A stretch of DNA of 64,000 nucleotides, from assembly GCA_964016885.1 (NCBI GenBank), contig OZ024741.1:325500001-325564000 (forward strand). Reading direction: 5' to 3'. Below are positions 1 through 14,524 of this stretch, piece after piece (within the stretch, counting starts at the first letter, position 1; every line of letters begins with the position of its first letter). The position numbers and the translations under genes are program-made. Origin of the DNA: Eledone cirrhosa. Its lineage: Eukaryota. The notes below the pieces were generated by a model. It searched no databases and had not been told where the DNA came from. It saw only the letters and a list, made by a program, of their open reading frames with translations.

Positions 1-43
1 CATACATATATACATACATAGATACATACATACATATATATAT

Positions 44-619
44 GGTGGCTGCCAACTCGTTTTCGAGTACGGCCACTACTTTATATCCATGTAGGAGAAC
101 CCCTTCCGATGCCCTGAACGAGTGTGACTTTTTAGTCCAGCCAGCGACTTGAGAACTTTGGTACAAACACTACACTTGTGACAATTATTGACACAGTGCT
201 GGGCCCATGGTACCATGTGACGACAAGTGCAGAGAGATCTCCAGATATAAAGCAATGCCTGTGCTGTGAAGCTTTTATAGTGAGCAAAGGCATTGCACAA
301 AGCCAGTCCCACTCTCTTAACCAAGATGATATTTACCAAAAAGAAGAACAAGTCAACATCACTGGATACCATCAGGGTTGCAGGTGTTATATCAGAGTTT
401 TCTTTCTCCTAGAATTCTGCGGTGATTTTGGATGGCCATTGACTCTTAAGAGCTCCTTTGCCCTTTCACAGGTTTTGTTTTTAGTCCTGCAGGTTGTCCA
501 AAGTCACCCTCCTCACCAAGAAACCTTGGTGGGGTTGCCAGTTTAGTCGCCAATGACCCGACCATGGGACAGGTTGTACTGGAATACATGTTACCACTAG
601 CACCAACTGGTGACCTGAC
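44..619 (-). mobile_element. Non-autonomous, internally deleted RTE-derived retroelement (5' leader + C2H2-finger 3' end + (TGTA)n tail)
   Basis: Minus strand encodes CSVCTKVLKSLAGLKSHTRS, similar to the last finger of the RTE at 21680-21763. It ends in the stem-loop ctcgaaaacgag followed by a tetranucleotide tail. Close copy at 59292-59672 (+). Confidence 0.65.
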
Positions 620-1269
620 ATACATATATATATACATACATACATAGATACATAATACATATATCATACATACATATATCGTACATACATACGTACATAC
701 ATACACATACATATATACATACACACATACATATATACATACACATACATACACATACATACGCATACATACGCACATAAACATATATACATACATTCAT
801 GCGTTCGTATATACCTACATCCAAATACGCATATACATACATATTTGCATACGTATATTTATCGACACATATACACATATAAATATATGCATGCTTCAAC
901 ACATATACATACATCTATACGTACATCCATAAGTACGTACATATATGCATACACGCATACATACACATATAAATATATGCGTACAAACGTTCGTACACAT
1001 TCACATATAAACACACATACATACGTGTATATGCGTATGTATGTGTGGACCCATAACTTCTGATGGAATGGTAGGGACACCGTAGTGATATACGGCGTGT
1101 CTTGGGCTTTTAAAACCTAGCGTAGCACATCCCGCTCCAGGTTTAAATGCAGCTGATTTCTACCAGGTAAGGATAGAGAAAGACGGAGAGAGAGAGAGAA
1201 AGAGATATAGAGATAGATAGATAAATAGATAAAGAGAGATATAGAGATAGAGGGAGAGAGAGAGGAAGG

Positions 1270-1400
1270 ATCGACCCCAGTACTTGACTGGTTCTTTATT
1301 TATCAACTTCAAACGGATGAATGGCGAGATTTGAATTCAGGGAGCAAAGAGCTGGAACGAATACTGCAAAGCCTTCTGAACGAGCCTGCCGATTCATTGC
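1270..1400 (-). mobile_element. tRNA-derived SINE, degenerate
   Basis: Reverse complement gives ttggcaatgaatcggcagg...ctgaattcaaatctcgcc...ttcatccgtttgaagttgataaa, matching the window's SINE consensus. Confidence 0.65.
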
Positions 1401-2681
1401 CAACTCTTGTATATACATACCTACATACATATCTACACATATGCATACGTACATACATACCTTCACAGATTCATACACACAGATATACATATATGCGTAC
1501 ATATACACATTCATATATGTGTACATGCATGCACAAATACAAAGTTGGATGTATGTAGGTACAGCAATACAAACATACCTAAATATATACATTCATAAAT
1601 ACATTAAACACACATAATCTTGAAAAGCAGGAGAAACACGTATTTTATAGATCACAAAAATTATGTAAAACGTCCTTAAAGTTAAGCAGAGTGAATCTTT
1701 TACTCTACTATTTCGTCATTTGTAGATTAAAATGTACAGATATTATAACAATAAATAGTGCCTAATTTCAAAGAAAGAATGATAGACGCTCAATGATATT
1801 GTTACTGTTTAATCTCTACTTTTTTCTAACTGGGTAGACGAATGAAGAAATGCTATCCATCTATTAATTCTTAATGATTTAGCAGAAAATATCTAAAACA
1901 AATTTGTTAATTCAAATGTTTATAGTATTTTCACTAATGAACAGATTATTATGGAAATTTGCGGTAATTCCAATGCAATCCAATCCAGAGTCTTCTCAAT
2001 TCTTTTGGAGGAGCCCCTTCCTGGTTGACCTCCACTACTTTCTGTATGGTTTTGGTCATGTCAGGGGTTCAGCCATACTCACCACGCTTGGCCAATTTTG
2101 GTGAAGCTATTTAACCCATAGTTGGGGTGGATAGCCGCTGACTTTGAGGAGTTCATCCGCTCTATTAACAGCTCTTGTTTCTTGTGTTGCTGTGTTCCAC
2201 TTTGTGAACCTTTTACGTGAAAGAAATAGTAGGCCAAAGAGGCGCTGGCGAGACAATGTCTATAAATGGTCTGATTTAAATTTATATGAACTAAACGAAT
2301 CCAGGTAAAATAGGAAACTTTGGAAGGAATTAAGGCATGTTAGAGCGTAATCTGCGTTTATATATTTTCTGCTAAATAATTACAAGGTCTAGTGAGAGAG
2401 CCGGTTTACTTGCCCGCATATCGACCACGAAGCAGTAATTAATGACTTGAATTATTAAAGTGATACAGTAAATTATGCTAAAAATATTGTTCTGTATGTG
2501 TGTTTGTTAAATGTGTCTTAAAATCCTGTAATTGATTAGCAGAAAGTATTTAAACGCAGGTTTATTAATCAAAATATTCATAGTATTTTTCCTAATTCGC
2601 TGTCTCCGCCTGCGGCACTGGCTTACTATTTCTTTCATGTAAAACGCTCAAAATATCTTTCTAGAACATGTATGTATGTAT

Positions 2682-3030
2682 GTCAGGTCGCTCTCAAGTG
2701 CTACTGACAATATGTAACCCAGTACAACCTGTCTCGTGGTCGGGTCGTTGGTGACTAAACCGGCAACACTACCAAGCTTGCTTGGTGAGGAGGGTGATAT
2801 TTGGACACCCTGTGGGGTGAAATACAAGACCCACCAAAGGGCGGAGGAACTCAGCAGAGTTCACCTGGGAGTGAAAGGCCCCCAGTTGTTGTCACAACAC
2901 CTTTCTATGAGAGGGAAACTGAAAATAAAACCTGCGGCTTCTGAAGCATCCGATGATGTTGACCAGTTCTCCTTTACAGGTAGTTTTCGATGTCCAGAGG
3001 GAAGCACAGGCATTGCTTGTTCAGGATATG
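2682..3030 (+). mobile_element. 5' part of the RTE-derived element family
   Basis: gtaacccagtacaacctgtctcgtggtcgggtcgttggtgactaaaccggcaac is shared with the minus strand of 530-619 and with 59801-59880. Confidence 0.55.
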
Positions 3031-3127
3031 TTACAGGTTCGTGTGGCTAGCCGTAGCCTAAAAGTGCACCATTTTCTGTAATCTGACAAGCGATTTCAAT
3101 ACACTTAGCAGAGTCTGCAGTCATCAT

Positions 3128-3300
3128 GTATGTATGTATGGTACCATAAGTCCCGATAGAGTCATATAGTGGCTGACAGCGTTTCTTGGGCATTTTAAGC
3201 CTGGCAGAATCCATCTCTCGTCAGGTCTGAACACAGTAGAATTCTTCCTGAGAAGGATAGAAAGTGAGTGTGTGTGTGTGTGTGTGAGAGAGAGTGAGAG

Positions 3301-3397
<97 letters not shown>

Positions 3398-3560
3398 GGA
3401 TGTGAGAAAGAGATATACAGGAAGAATCTACCCAGTACTTGACTGGTACTTCTTTTATCGACCTCGAATGGATGAAAGGCAAAGTTGACCTCGGCGGGAT
3501 TTGAACTCAGAGAGCAGAGATTGGACTGAATACCGTAAAGACTGTTCTTCAACGTATTCT
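3128..3560 (-). mobile_element. SINE with internal (CT)n and shared 3' tail
   Basis: Reverse complement has ctgagttcaaatcccgccgaggtcaactttgcctttcatccattcgaggtcgataaa, plus the tail ttcagacctga...ttaaaatgcccaagaaac also seen at 15490-15605, 29850-29970 and 58480-58580. Confidence 0.7.
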
Positions 3561-3711
3561 GTAATGCTCTTGTTGTCACCCAGTACGATGCAGAAATATT
3601 TTGAGTGTAAAAAAAAAAGGATTTCGGTCCTTAAATACGAGGAGCAGTCTACATACAAAGTTTAGCTTAATTCAATATTGCCAATATTGTACAATTCCCA
3701 AAAGATGGAAT

Positions 3712-3782
<71 letters not shown>

Positions 3783-3784
3783 GT

Positions 3785-6600
3785 CTACAGTAAACGGATT
3801 AGCACCTTAGTTAAGTGCCAGTTGACGGGGACGATCGTCAACAACAGGTGGTGGAACTCTCTCAAGAGAGCAATTAGAATAGAATCGATAGCATTTAGCA
3901 AGGAAGTAGCTTTAGAAAAAAACAAAACTGAAAAGGAACTGGTAGCTAAAGTAGAAGCACTTAGGAATGGCAGTACAGTGAAACACGAAGGTTGTATTGT
4001 CAGAAGTAGAACACGTGCTCTAAGAAACGAGGGAGCCAAAGCTGTTAGCTGGGCCGGAGTGGCGAAAACTGGCAACAAATCCACAATTCGGTCTTTGCAA
4101 GACAAAGATGGACGCTTTATACTTGAATCCAAGCAGATGTGCGCGGCCTTCCAGCAGCATTTTGCACAACTGTTCGGGCAAAGCGGTACATCGAGCGAGG
4201 ACTTCAGCTCCTACCTCGACGGCGTACCGCGACTCTCGAGCACGGATGCGGAGAGCTGCGAAAGGCCGATCACAGCGGGCGAAATAGAAGATGCCCTAGG
4301 CCGCTGCGGGAAACGCAAATCACCCGGTTTAGATGGTCTACCCTATGAGTTTTATATAGGCATGCCAGACTTGTTCTCTGGCGTTCTCGAAGCGGTCTAC
4401 TGCAACTGGCAGCAGAACGGGAGGATTCCCAGTTCTGTAGGCAGAGGCGTAGTAACGCTGATCAGGAAAGATGAGAACAAGGGGGATGAGATAAGCAATT
4501 TCAGGCCCATAACTCTGCTCAACACATGGTTAAAGATTTTGGCCAATGTGTTAGCAGAAAGGCTGGCGCTTGTCGAGAACCGGGTAGGGGAAGCCCAAAC
4601 GTGTGCAATCCCGACCAGGTCCATACACGACAACCTCCACCTCATGCGATACATCATAGAGAGGGTAGGGTGTAAACCAGGCTTTTGTGGGGCTCTGATC
4701 AATTTAGATCAGTCTAAGGCATTTGATAGGGTCGACCATCAATACTTGGAAGCAGTTCTCAAGGCGGCCGACTTCGGTCCCGTCTTCAGAGGCTGGATCG
4801 GTGCCATGCACACCAGCATCTGCTCGGCAGTCAAGGTGAATGGCTACCTATCAGAGCCATTCCAAATCATGCGTTCCATCCGTCAGGGATGCCCTCTCTC
4901 CTCCATTCTGTATGTACTGACTCTCGAGCCGTTACTGCGGAAATTGGAGCTGTTGCAGGGCATCCTGATCGAACCAGGACTGCGGAAAGCAGCGTCAGCC
5001 TATGCCGACGATATAACCGTAATGGTGTCGAAAACCTCGGAAATCAGGGTAATCGGCAACCTATTACAGGAATACGAAACGTTGACAGGAGCAAGACTAA
5101 ACCAAAAAAAGTCTGTCGGTTTGCAACTCGGCACATGGAGAAGCGAACCCATGCCTTCCGACAGTCTCTTTGGACGCTGGACGGAAGGACCGGTGAAATT
5201 GCTCGGGGTCTGGTTCGGTCCAGACCTCCAGGTGGACAAGAACTGGAACGAAGTCACGGCGAAGGTGTTTGCACTCACCCAGAAGTGGGCTGAGTGCAAA
5301 CTCTCCTTGAAAGGTCGAGCGGAGGTGGCGAACACTTACATAGCGTCCGTCATCTACTACCGCTTGACAGTCGTGCCTTGCCCCCGCGAATACCTTACCA
5401 AAATGGAACGCCTACTCTTCAAGTTCCTCTGGAAGAAACAGGCTCCATTGGTGAGGAGATCCATTCAACACCCTTCTAACGGAGGGCTGGGCATGCCGTG
5501 GCTGATGATGCGCAAACATGCGCTGAAGCTACGCCATCTCCAGGTATTCCTGACCGGTGAACCGGTGTGGCTGTCGTTTGTGAGACAAGCTCTTCCACAA
5601 CTCATCTCACTAACAGAGCTGCAGTTCTGGGTCAAGCGAAGACCGAAAATGGGTGCCTGGCACCTCGAGTGCCTACAGGCGGTCACAGCCCTCTACCCAT
5701 CGGAAACGGCAATCAGCGGAGACTCCATTTCGACATTCTATAGGGGATTAGTGGAGGATAAGTGCGACGACATGCTTGGGGAAACTCTAGGCATCGAGGA
5801 GGACGAACTGACCACTCTGTTCGGGAGGACTTTCCGTCCAGGTCCTATGGATAACTTTCAGAGGTCTCTGGCAGTGCTACCGAGGAGCTCTACCAGTTCG
5901 AGACAAAATCTACAGGCACGGACGCCCTGGCAAAAATCCTGCCAAAAGGACCTGTCCAAGATGCGAGCAGGACATCGAAACCTTTCTGCACGCAATTGTT
6001 CAGTGCCCAGGGGTGACCGACCTGTGGAATTGTGTCGATCAGCTGCTGTCACGTGTGGGACGCATCCAGTTGTCAGCCGAGTCCATCGTGAGGATCACCC
6101 CGCCGCCTTCATTTAAGAACGAAGGAGAAGCGGTTTTCCTCTGTCTGGAGTCTATGGCGAAAGAGGTAATATGGTGGACGAGGTTAAAAGGACTGAGGGC
6201 AAACATCTTTCTCTCGGGACAACAACTTATCCCCTTCTTTAAGTATCACTTCAGAAGGAAGGTGAGAGTGGAGAGAGAGGTGCTACACCCCAGTAAATTC
6301 GCTGAAAGGTGGGTGAATGTGGCAAAAAAGTGGCCCGAGTGAATGGGCCTTCTCTGTATATAAACCTGTAGGTTGAGGAAGATAAACAGAGGGAAGACAG
6401 GAACACCTACAAAACGTGTTCCTGGTGTTGAGGGTTGTTCTATCCACGGGTTGTAAAACAACCCTGCTGTAACGTTCCCCCTTATTGGGGATTTCAATTG
6501 TTATTTTATTATATATAATTTATTGTTATTTATTAATGTTAAAGTTATTTTTATGTAATGTCCCATTTTTGTACGCCCCTGTGGCAAATAAAGAAAGATA
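3785..6600 (+). mobile_element. 5'-truncated Tx1/L1-clade LINE: ORF2 reverse transcriptase and C-terminal cysteine-rich region, frameshifted near 5870
   Basis: ORF 3678-6116 has KSPGLDGLP, FRPITLLN, DQSKAFDRV, RQGCPLS, AYADD and GGLG. The alternate frame at about 5950 gives CPRCEQDIETFLHAIVQC. AT-rich 3' UTR with AATAAA; flanked by (CTAT)n. The first ~35 aa of the ORF are microsatellite. Confidence 0.9.
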
Positions 6601-6610
6601 TCTATCTATT

Positions 6611-6723
<113 letters not shown>

Positions 6724-6854
6724 TATATAGATATATATGTGTGTGTGTTCGTGTGTACGCGTGTGTGTAGTGTGTGTAGTGTATGTATCAGCATGTGCAT
6801 ATAACTATCTATATACATATCCATATAGGGGCATTACTACCTTCTTTCATTGTT

Positions 6855-6902
<48 letters not shown>

Positions 6903-6916
6903 ATCTAGCTCACTCT

Positions 6917-6976
<60 letters not shown>

Positions 6977-7008
6977 TCCTTCTTTCTTTCTTTCTTTCCT
7001 TCTTTCTG

Positions 7009-7081
<73 letters not shown>

Positions 7082-7271
7082 TATCACTTATCTCTGTGGC
7101 TTTTGTGTTCTATACCATCTCCTCCATTTCAAATCTGACCACTATAAAGCCAACATTCTCAGTTTGTACCACGCTATTGTCAATGACAATAAAGAAATTT
7201 TGTTCCATTAACACACACATAGATAAGTATGTATTTGCACGAACATATACTTGTATATAGAGTATGCATAC

Positions 7272-7302
<31 letters not shown>

Positions 7303-7423
7303 TGTATGTATGTATGTATGTATGTATGTATGTATGTATGTACATGTGATGTGTATAAGCGTATATATACGTGTGTGTATGTGTATATAGCCATATATAT
7401 CTATGTATTGATATTTATGGGTA

Positions 7424-7490
<67 letters not shown>

Positions 7491-7492
<2 letters not shown>

Positions 7493-7523
7493 TCATTTCA
7501 TATTGTAAAGGAAGATGCTTGCG

Positions 7524-7554
<31 letters not shown>

Positions 7555-7670
7555 GCATACGCAAGCATCTTCCTTTACAATATGAAATGAAGATACCAGA
7601 AAAATACAAAACAAAGAAGAAAAACAAGTCAAAGATGAAGACGAGAAGAAAATGATTACTTTTCTCTTCC
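7491..7670. repeat. Small fold-back insert: ~40-bp inverted arms around (TA)n with a one-sided extension
   Basis: ttcatttcatattgtaaaggaagatgcttgcgtatg versus catacgcaagcatcttcctttacaatatgaaatgaa. Confidence 0.8.
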
Positions 7671-7764
7671 ATATATATATATATATATATAATATATATA
7701 TATACATGTATATGTGTCTGTATATAAACATATATATATATGCACACACACACACATATATATA

Positions 7765-7802
<38 letters not shown>

Positions 7803-8139
7803 CATATATTTGCTTTATGTGTTTCTAAAGGAAAAATAATGGTTCTTTTTCGATTCTTGGAGAGATTACTTAGGTTTATGAATAGTTATTATTATCATCG
7901 AACAGAAATTCCAAGTGGCATTTATTGTTTGGCTCCAAAATTCCATCTGACATCCACTTTCGGTCCGATTCTGTCCAATATCATATCCTTTTTATTATGC
8001 TTAATATTTTTCTTGTTTTCTCTGATTTGCCTTCCTTATTTATCTCCCCTTCTGTTCTCTATTCCTTTGTCTCTGACTCACTCCCCTTAAACGAACAAAT
8101 GATGGATCTGCGTTGGTTTCGACGATGGGCTTTCCAGCT

Positions 8140-8600
8140 GTTCGAACAACAGAATAAGCCTGCTCAGGAATTAATGTGTAAGTAGCTGAGCATGCTACAA
8201 ACATGTGGAAACCTTTCATGCACTGGTTCGTGATAACGCCGGCCACTACACACAGGCATGCTCTTTGACCTACGTCTGTATCGACGATGAGTCTTCTAGA
8301 TGTTCAATCACCGGAGTAGCCTGCTCGTGAAATTTACGTATAAGTGGATGAGTATTTTACAAACACGTACACACGACTTAGTGTATTTCTCAGGGAGATT
8401 CAGCGTGACAACAGTGTGTGACATGGCTGACCCTTTAAATTACCAGTACAGTTCATCTGACCAGCTACCAATCAGTTGCAATGCACTTGGTTTCTCTCAA
8501 GCTATAGGATCGAACCGTTGCTATGGTAAGTAACACTTGCCTAAATTATCATTTAATGGACCTAGTGATTGCGAGGTGAGCCGCCTAAACATCCGGCCCT
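8140..8600. mobile_element. Degenerate SINE-like dispersed repeat
   Basis: gcctgctc..gaa(a)tt..tg.g.aagt.g.tgag occurs twice (8158, 8319); ttcagcgtgacaacagtgtgtgacatggctgaccctttaaatta matches the reverse complement of 12740-12870. Confidence 0.45.
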
Positions 8601-8816
8601 GTTGTGTTAACCTCACCCCCTCACATTCACTAGAACATGCCAGCACAAATATCTTTTAATATTTTATTCTTTTACTGGTTTCAGTCACTAGGAGCATTAC
8701 CATAAAAGTATTTAATCGATGATATCCACACCAATATTAATTGTTTTTCATGTCTGGTACTTATTTTAACGATTTCTCTTTGCTACTTTACGAGAAATAA
8801 GTATAGATACAAAAAT

Positions 8817-8944
<128 letters not shown>

Positions 8945-9084
8945 TTACGTATAGATACCCTATTAAAGCGTATACTATGTAACTCAAGTATATTATAAAG
9001 TATATTTTCTCTAAAAAAAAAAAGGAAAGGTACCTAATCCTTCTCTTCATTCTCTCCAGCATAGAAGAGTTATGGTCAGAGACT

Positions 9085-9235
9085 GGGAAGAGGGCATCAT
9101 CGCGGTATAAACCACTGCCGAGGTTGGGAATTTACTCCTTAATTTACTTAAGTATGAATAACCCAACCAGGTCTGTTACCTTCGTGGAGTCACTGGAACC
9201 CATAGTGATATCAAAGTTGTTGGGTCTATCACTTC
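9085..9235 (-). pseudogene. Penelope-like reverse transcriptase fragment, not in the ORF track
   Basis: Manual translation NNFDITMGSSDSTKVTDLVGLFIL...GLYRDDAL matches PLE RT motifs (FDvTMGS, GLYRDD); two in-frame TAA stops. Confidence 0.7.
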
Positions 9236-9334
9236 AGGTCCAGATAAAAACGAACCTACCATGATAGCTATAATGTACAGTATATGGGTAGAGATGATTC
9301 GCAAAATTCAGTGAGGAGAATTATTAGGGTGGTG

Positions 9335-9766
9335 CATACACATACATGCACACACACATACATATACATATACCCACACAGACACACAGATAACAGAGAT
9401 ACACATACACACATATACACACACATGAACATACACAGACATATACACATATACAAATACACACATACACATACATGCACACACACAGACGCACAATCAC
9501 ACACTGATACACATACACACATCTACACACACATACACGCACATACACATATACAAATACGCATATACAAATACACATACATGCACTCACCTATATACAC
9601 ACATACACATATACACATATACACATACAACAATCACACACTGATACACATACACACATACACATATATACATACGTACAATCACAGACTGATACACATA
9701 CACACATCTACACACACATACACATACACGCACATACACATATACAAATACACACATACACATACA

Positions 9767-9801
<35 letters not shown>

Positions 9802-10295
9802 ATACATGCACACACACATACACGCATACCCATATACACACGCACAATCACACACTGATACACATACACACATCTACACATATACAAATACATACATACA
9901 CACATACACATACACGCACATACACATATACAAATACACACATACACACATACACACATACACACATACACACACGCACAATCACAGATTGATGCACATA
10001 CACACATCTACACACACACATACACACACCTACACATACACGCACATACGCATATACAAATACACACACACATGCACATTCATGCACACACATACACATA
10101 CCTGCACACACACATACAGACATACACATATACACATACGCACAATCACACACTGATACACATACACACATCTACACATACATACACACACGTACACACA
10201 CATACAGATATACCAATACACACATACACACATACATGCACACACCTATACACACATACACATACACACATACGTACAATCACAGACTGATACAC
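9335..10295. repeat. Compound (CA/TA) low-complexity minisatellite
   Basis: Recurring acaatcacacactgatacacatacacac units within CA-rich sequence. Confidence 0.9.
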
Positions 10296-10493
10296 TGCAC
10301 ACTCAAAGGCTTTACGGTATTTGTCTAGTCTACTTTACCGATTACAACGATGTCCCACCCCAGCAACGACGCTCTATCGCTCTATCGCTCTACCATGTTG
10401 TTTACTTTATATATATAATAAATATTTCCATCTTAAAATATTTACATGGGGAATTATCAGAGGGTTCTCTTTCGAATTTTATTTTATTTTATT

Positions 10494-10524
<31 letters not shown>

Positions 10525-10571
10525 TATATTTATTTATTTATTTATTTATTCATTCGTTTATTTATTTATTA

Positions 10572-11020
10572 TTTGGAAGTATCGGTAGAACGTCGGACGC
10601 CATGCTTTGCGACATAGAGTTACGGCCCTTTATGATCTGAGTTCAAATTCCGCCGAGGTTAATTTTGCCTTTCATCCTTATGGGATCGATAAAATAAAGT
10701 ACCAGTCACGCACTGGTGTCGATTTAATCGACTTTCCCCTACCCTCAATTTTTTGGCCTTGTTAATGGAAACCATTATTTATTTATTTTATAATGGAAAC
10801 CATTTTATAATGGAAACCATTATTTATTTATATAGGGCGGTGGATTGGCAGTATCGGTAGAGGCTCGGACGTCATGCTTTGACGCATAGAGTTACGGCCC
10901 TTGCCATTCTAAGTTCAAATCCCGCCGAGGTTAACTTTGCCTTTCATCCTTACGGGGTCGATAAAATAAAGTACCAGTAATACACTGGGTAATTGCTGGC
11001 CTTGTGCCAAAAGTAGAAAC

Positions 11021-11051
<31 letters not shown>

Positions 11052-11265
11052 ATTTGGAAGTATCGGTAGAACGTCGAACAACATGCTTTGCGATGTAAAG
11101 TTACGTCCCTTTGCGTATCGAGATCAAATTCCGCTGAGGTTAACTTTGCCTTTTATCCTTACGGGGTCGATTAAATAAAGTACCAGTCACGCACTGGGTC
11201 AATTTAATCGAATTTCCTCTCCCCTTCAAAAATTGCTGGCCTTGTGCCTAAATCAGAAACCATAA
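10572..11265 (+). mobile_element. Three tandem tRNA-derived SINE copies (about 10572-10775, 10835-11025, 11053-11265)
   Basis: A-box-like tggcagtatcggtag, B-box gagttcaaatcc, body gccgaggttaactttgcctttcatccttacggggtcgataaaataaagtaccag, and (TTTA)n tails. Confidence 0.85.
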
Positions 11266-11555
11266 TTTCTATCTATTCATTCTTTCAGTTATTTATTTAT
11301 TTGTTGTTGTTGTTGTTGTTGTCGTTGTTGACGTTGCTGCTGCTGTTGTTGTTGTTTTCTGTCATGATTTCACTTGAATCACAGATTTAATTAAGTATTT
11401 CTCCTTCCGTTGCAATTCTTGTTGTTGTAAAGTTTTTTTTTTGGGGGGGGGGGGGGGGGGGTTATGTTATAGTCATTGTTTTACTTGTTTTTCTTTGTTT
11501 TGTGTGTGAGAGTGAAGTCTTGCTTGGAGGAGAGATAGATAGAGAGCGACAGATG

Positions 11556-11612
<57 letters not shown>

Positions 11613-11989
11613 TGAGAGATACGAGAGAGAGAAAAAGGGAGAGAGTGGAGTGAGAGGTGAGAGGGAGAGTGGATGTGGGAGAGAGAGAGAAAGGGAGAGA
11701 GAGGAGTGAGAGAGGTGAGGTGGGAGAGAGAGTGAGAGATGGGAGATAGAGGAGTGAGAGATTGGAGAGAGAGTGAGAGACGGAAGAGAGAGTGGTGGGA
11801 GAGAGAGTGAGAGGAGTGAGAGACGGGCGGAGGTAGACGGAGTGAAGGGTGGGAGAGAAAGTGAGAGATGGGAGGAAGAGTGAGAGGTGGGAGAAAGAGC
11901 GAGAAGTAGGAGAGGGAGTGAGAGGTGGGAGGGAGAGTGGATGTGGGAGAGAGAGTGAGGGTGAGAGAGGAGTGAGAGATGGAAGGAGG

Positions 11990-12020
<31 letters not shown>

Positions 12021-12972
12021 TGACAGGCCTTTGTTTGCTTTCACTTGTTTGTAGAATTTAAATAAAAAACTGAATTGTTTGTTTTAGTAAAAACAAAAGT
12101 TATATAAGACTCCTACAAAGTAAGTATTTTACTTTTCTGATACACACACATACACACCCACATAAACACATACAGACACACACACATAAACACATACAGA
12201 CACATAAACGTATACAGACACATACAGACACGTAGACACACACATACATAAACACACACACACACATACATACACACACACACACACATACCCGGTCTCT
12301 CATAACACATACCCACCCCATTCCGTCGTCTGTCACCCTCTATCCCACATTTTATATATTGGTTTTAGTTGTCGTTTGAAAAACGAAAATAACGAAGAGA
12401 AATGTAAACATAACTACCATAACAGAGATATGAAGGTGGTTAGTAGCTTCGTGGTTAACGTGTTCGGATCATCATCGTAAAGAGGTGAATTCGATTTTTG
12501 ATAGTGTGTTGTGTGCAAGACGCATGCTTTTATTTGGTTTCGGTCCACTTCTTCTTGTGACACGTGTGACCCGCATCAACATGTGATATCTCTCTCCACA
12601 AAGTTCGATCACCAGCAGCAGAGTTTAAAAAGCAAAGATCAAGTCCAGTTCATAAGTTGACATTATCAAGCCATCGTTTTAGCTGCCGACCTCTGCTTCT
12701 CTTATCTCGGTCCACTTAACTTGAAACAAAGTATGTTTTACCTGCAATTTGAAGGACTGGCTTTGTCCAACACACACTGTATCACGCCGAATCTCTGAGA
12801 ACTGCGTTAAGGCTACACGTGTCTAAGAAACGCCCAGCTACTTACACATTAATTTCACGTGCAAGGTGTTGATGAAACCTAGAGGGAGAAAGTAGAAGAA
12901 ATTTTAGCAGAAAGTCAAGGTACCACAGATAGGACGGATGATATACAATTATATGCATATATATATATATAT

Positions 12973-13738
12973 GGGGAGGGTCATATTTGCGTAATATTGC
13001 CAGAATTAATAACAGAACACACTCACTGTTTGGTTGGTTTTCGCTTCTGTGTCTTTTATATCGGTAATCTAATTTATTCGGTCCTCAATGTTGCCATTGA
13101 CTGACCAACGGTCAAAAATAATACAGATACAATATAGACACAGACACATATATAAAGTATAAATAAATACATAGATAAATAAATAAATAAATACATACAC
13201 AAGCACAATAACAACAAACACATATAAACACACACTAGTAAAGATAGAATACATTAACCAATACACAGTCACCCAATCACGAACACACATCAAACAAAAC
13301 CCCATACACACACGCAAACGCATGCGCAAAGAAGACAAAATAAAATAAACAAATAAACAAATAAATAAATATATAAACAGACTAAATAAAGATGGCGTAG
13401 AAAATACAATGCAACGGGAGGAAACAATAGCACCACTGACAATGTTGCAGATGTGCAACGAAAGAACTTTGATAAACTATATATATGTGTTTGTGTCTAT
13501 ATTGTATCTGTATTATTTTTGACCGTTGGTCAGTCAATGGCAACATTGAGGACCGAGTAAATTAGATTACCGATATAAAAGACACAGAATCAAAAAGCGA
13601 AAACTAACCAAACAGTGAGTGTGTTCTGTTATTAATTCTGGCAATATTACACAAATATGACCCTCCCCAAGTATAACAATATTTGTTTCGATACACGATT
13701 TCATATCAAAAACCTCGCAAAACTAATTCATCGCCGTT
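12973..13738. mobile_element. Fold-back PLE-UTR-like element with a degenerate hammerhead at 13432-13473
   Basis: Arms 12973-13165 and 13482-13668 are inverted. Right extension gtataacaatatttgtttcgatacacgatttca is homologous to the PLE end at 29080-29145. Motif ctgacAa-gttgca/tgcaac-gaaagaac is homologous to the HHR at 28875. (TA)n on both sides. A further fragment lies at 30041-30200. Confidence 0.75.
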
Positions 13739-13949
13739 ATATATATATGTATATATATATATATGTATATATACATATATGTATGCATATAATTTTATAT
13801 CATCCGTTATTTCTATGGTGCCTTGACGCTCTATTAAATATATATATATATATATTATATATAGACACCCACCACACACACACACACACACACACATACA
13901 CACATATATATATATATATACACACACACAGACACACACACATATATAG

Positions 13950-14056
<107 letters not shown>

Positions 14057-14524
14057 CATATATGAAACTGTAGTTGTCTGTATATGTGTGTCCTCATTTT
14101 TGCAAAGTCTATACAAATCTACATTTCTACTCCGATTGAATTCAAACTTGCATTTATATATTCCTTGCGGTCTAAAGATATTAACTGCAGCTTTTATTTT
14201 TCAATTTTCTGTTGTTAAAGAGGTGTTAGGCGCCGGTAATCAATCTCCGTCGTGCTCTTATAATATCTGTCTGTATGCCTGGCTGTCTGCATTACGACAT
14301 TCTGACGAACATTGATGACGTATTATGTTCGCTATTATCCGTTCATTGCCAGGGAACGTCTTCACGAACCAAAGTATCGTCTTCCTGTTTTCCTTCGGTT
14401 GCAACGTTTTGCGAAATATTTACTTCTGCGTTCACAGATTGATGTTTTTAGTTTCAGAAGATCCCGTTAAGGGTGAAAGGAACGATTCTTTGCTTAAACT
14501 TTAATCTGATATTTTAATCTATAT

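Noticed and set aside
7630-7665. aaag-ATGAAGA-cgagaa-GAAA-atgat-TA-cttt as a hammerhead
   Set aside because: A3 cannot pair with G8 and stem II is missing; likely chance in purine-rich sequence.
10835-10930. tRNA-like A/B boxes
   Set aside because: These are SINE heads with no complete cloverleaf, always followed by the SINE body.
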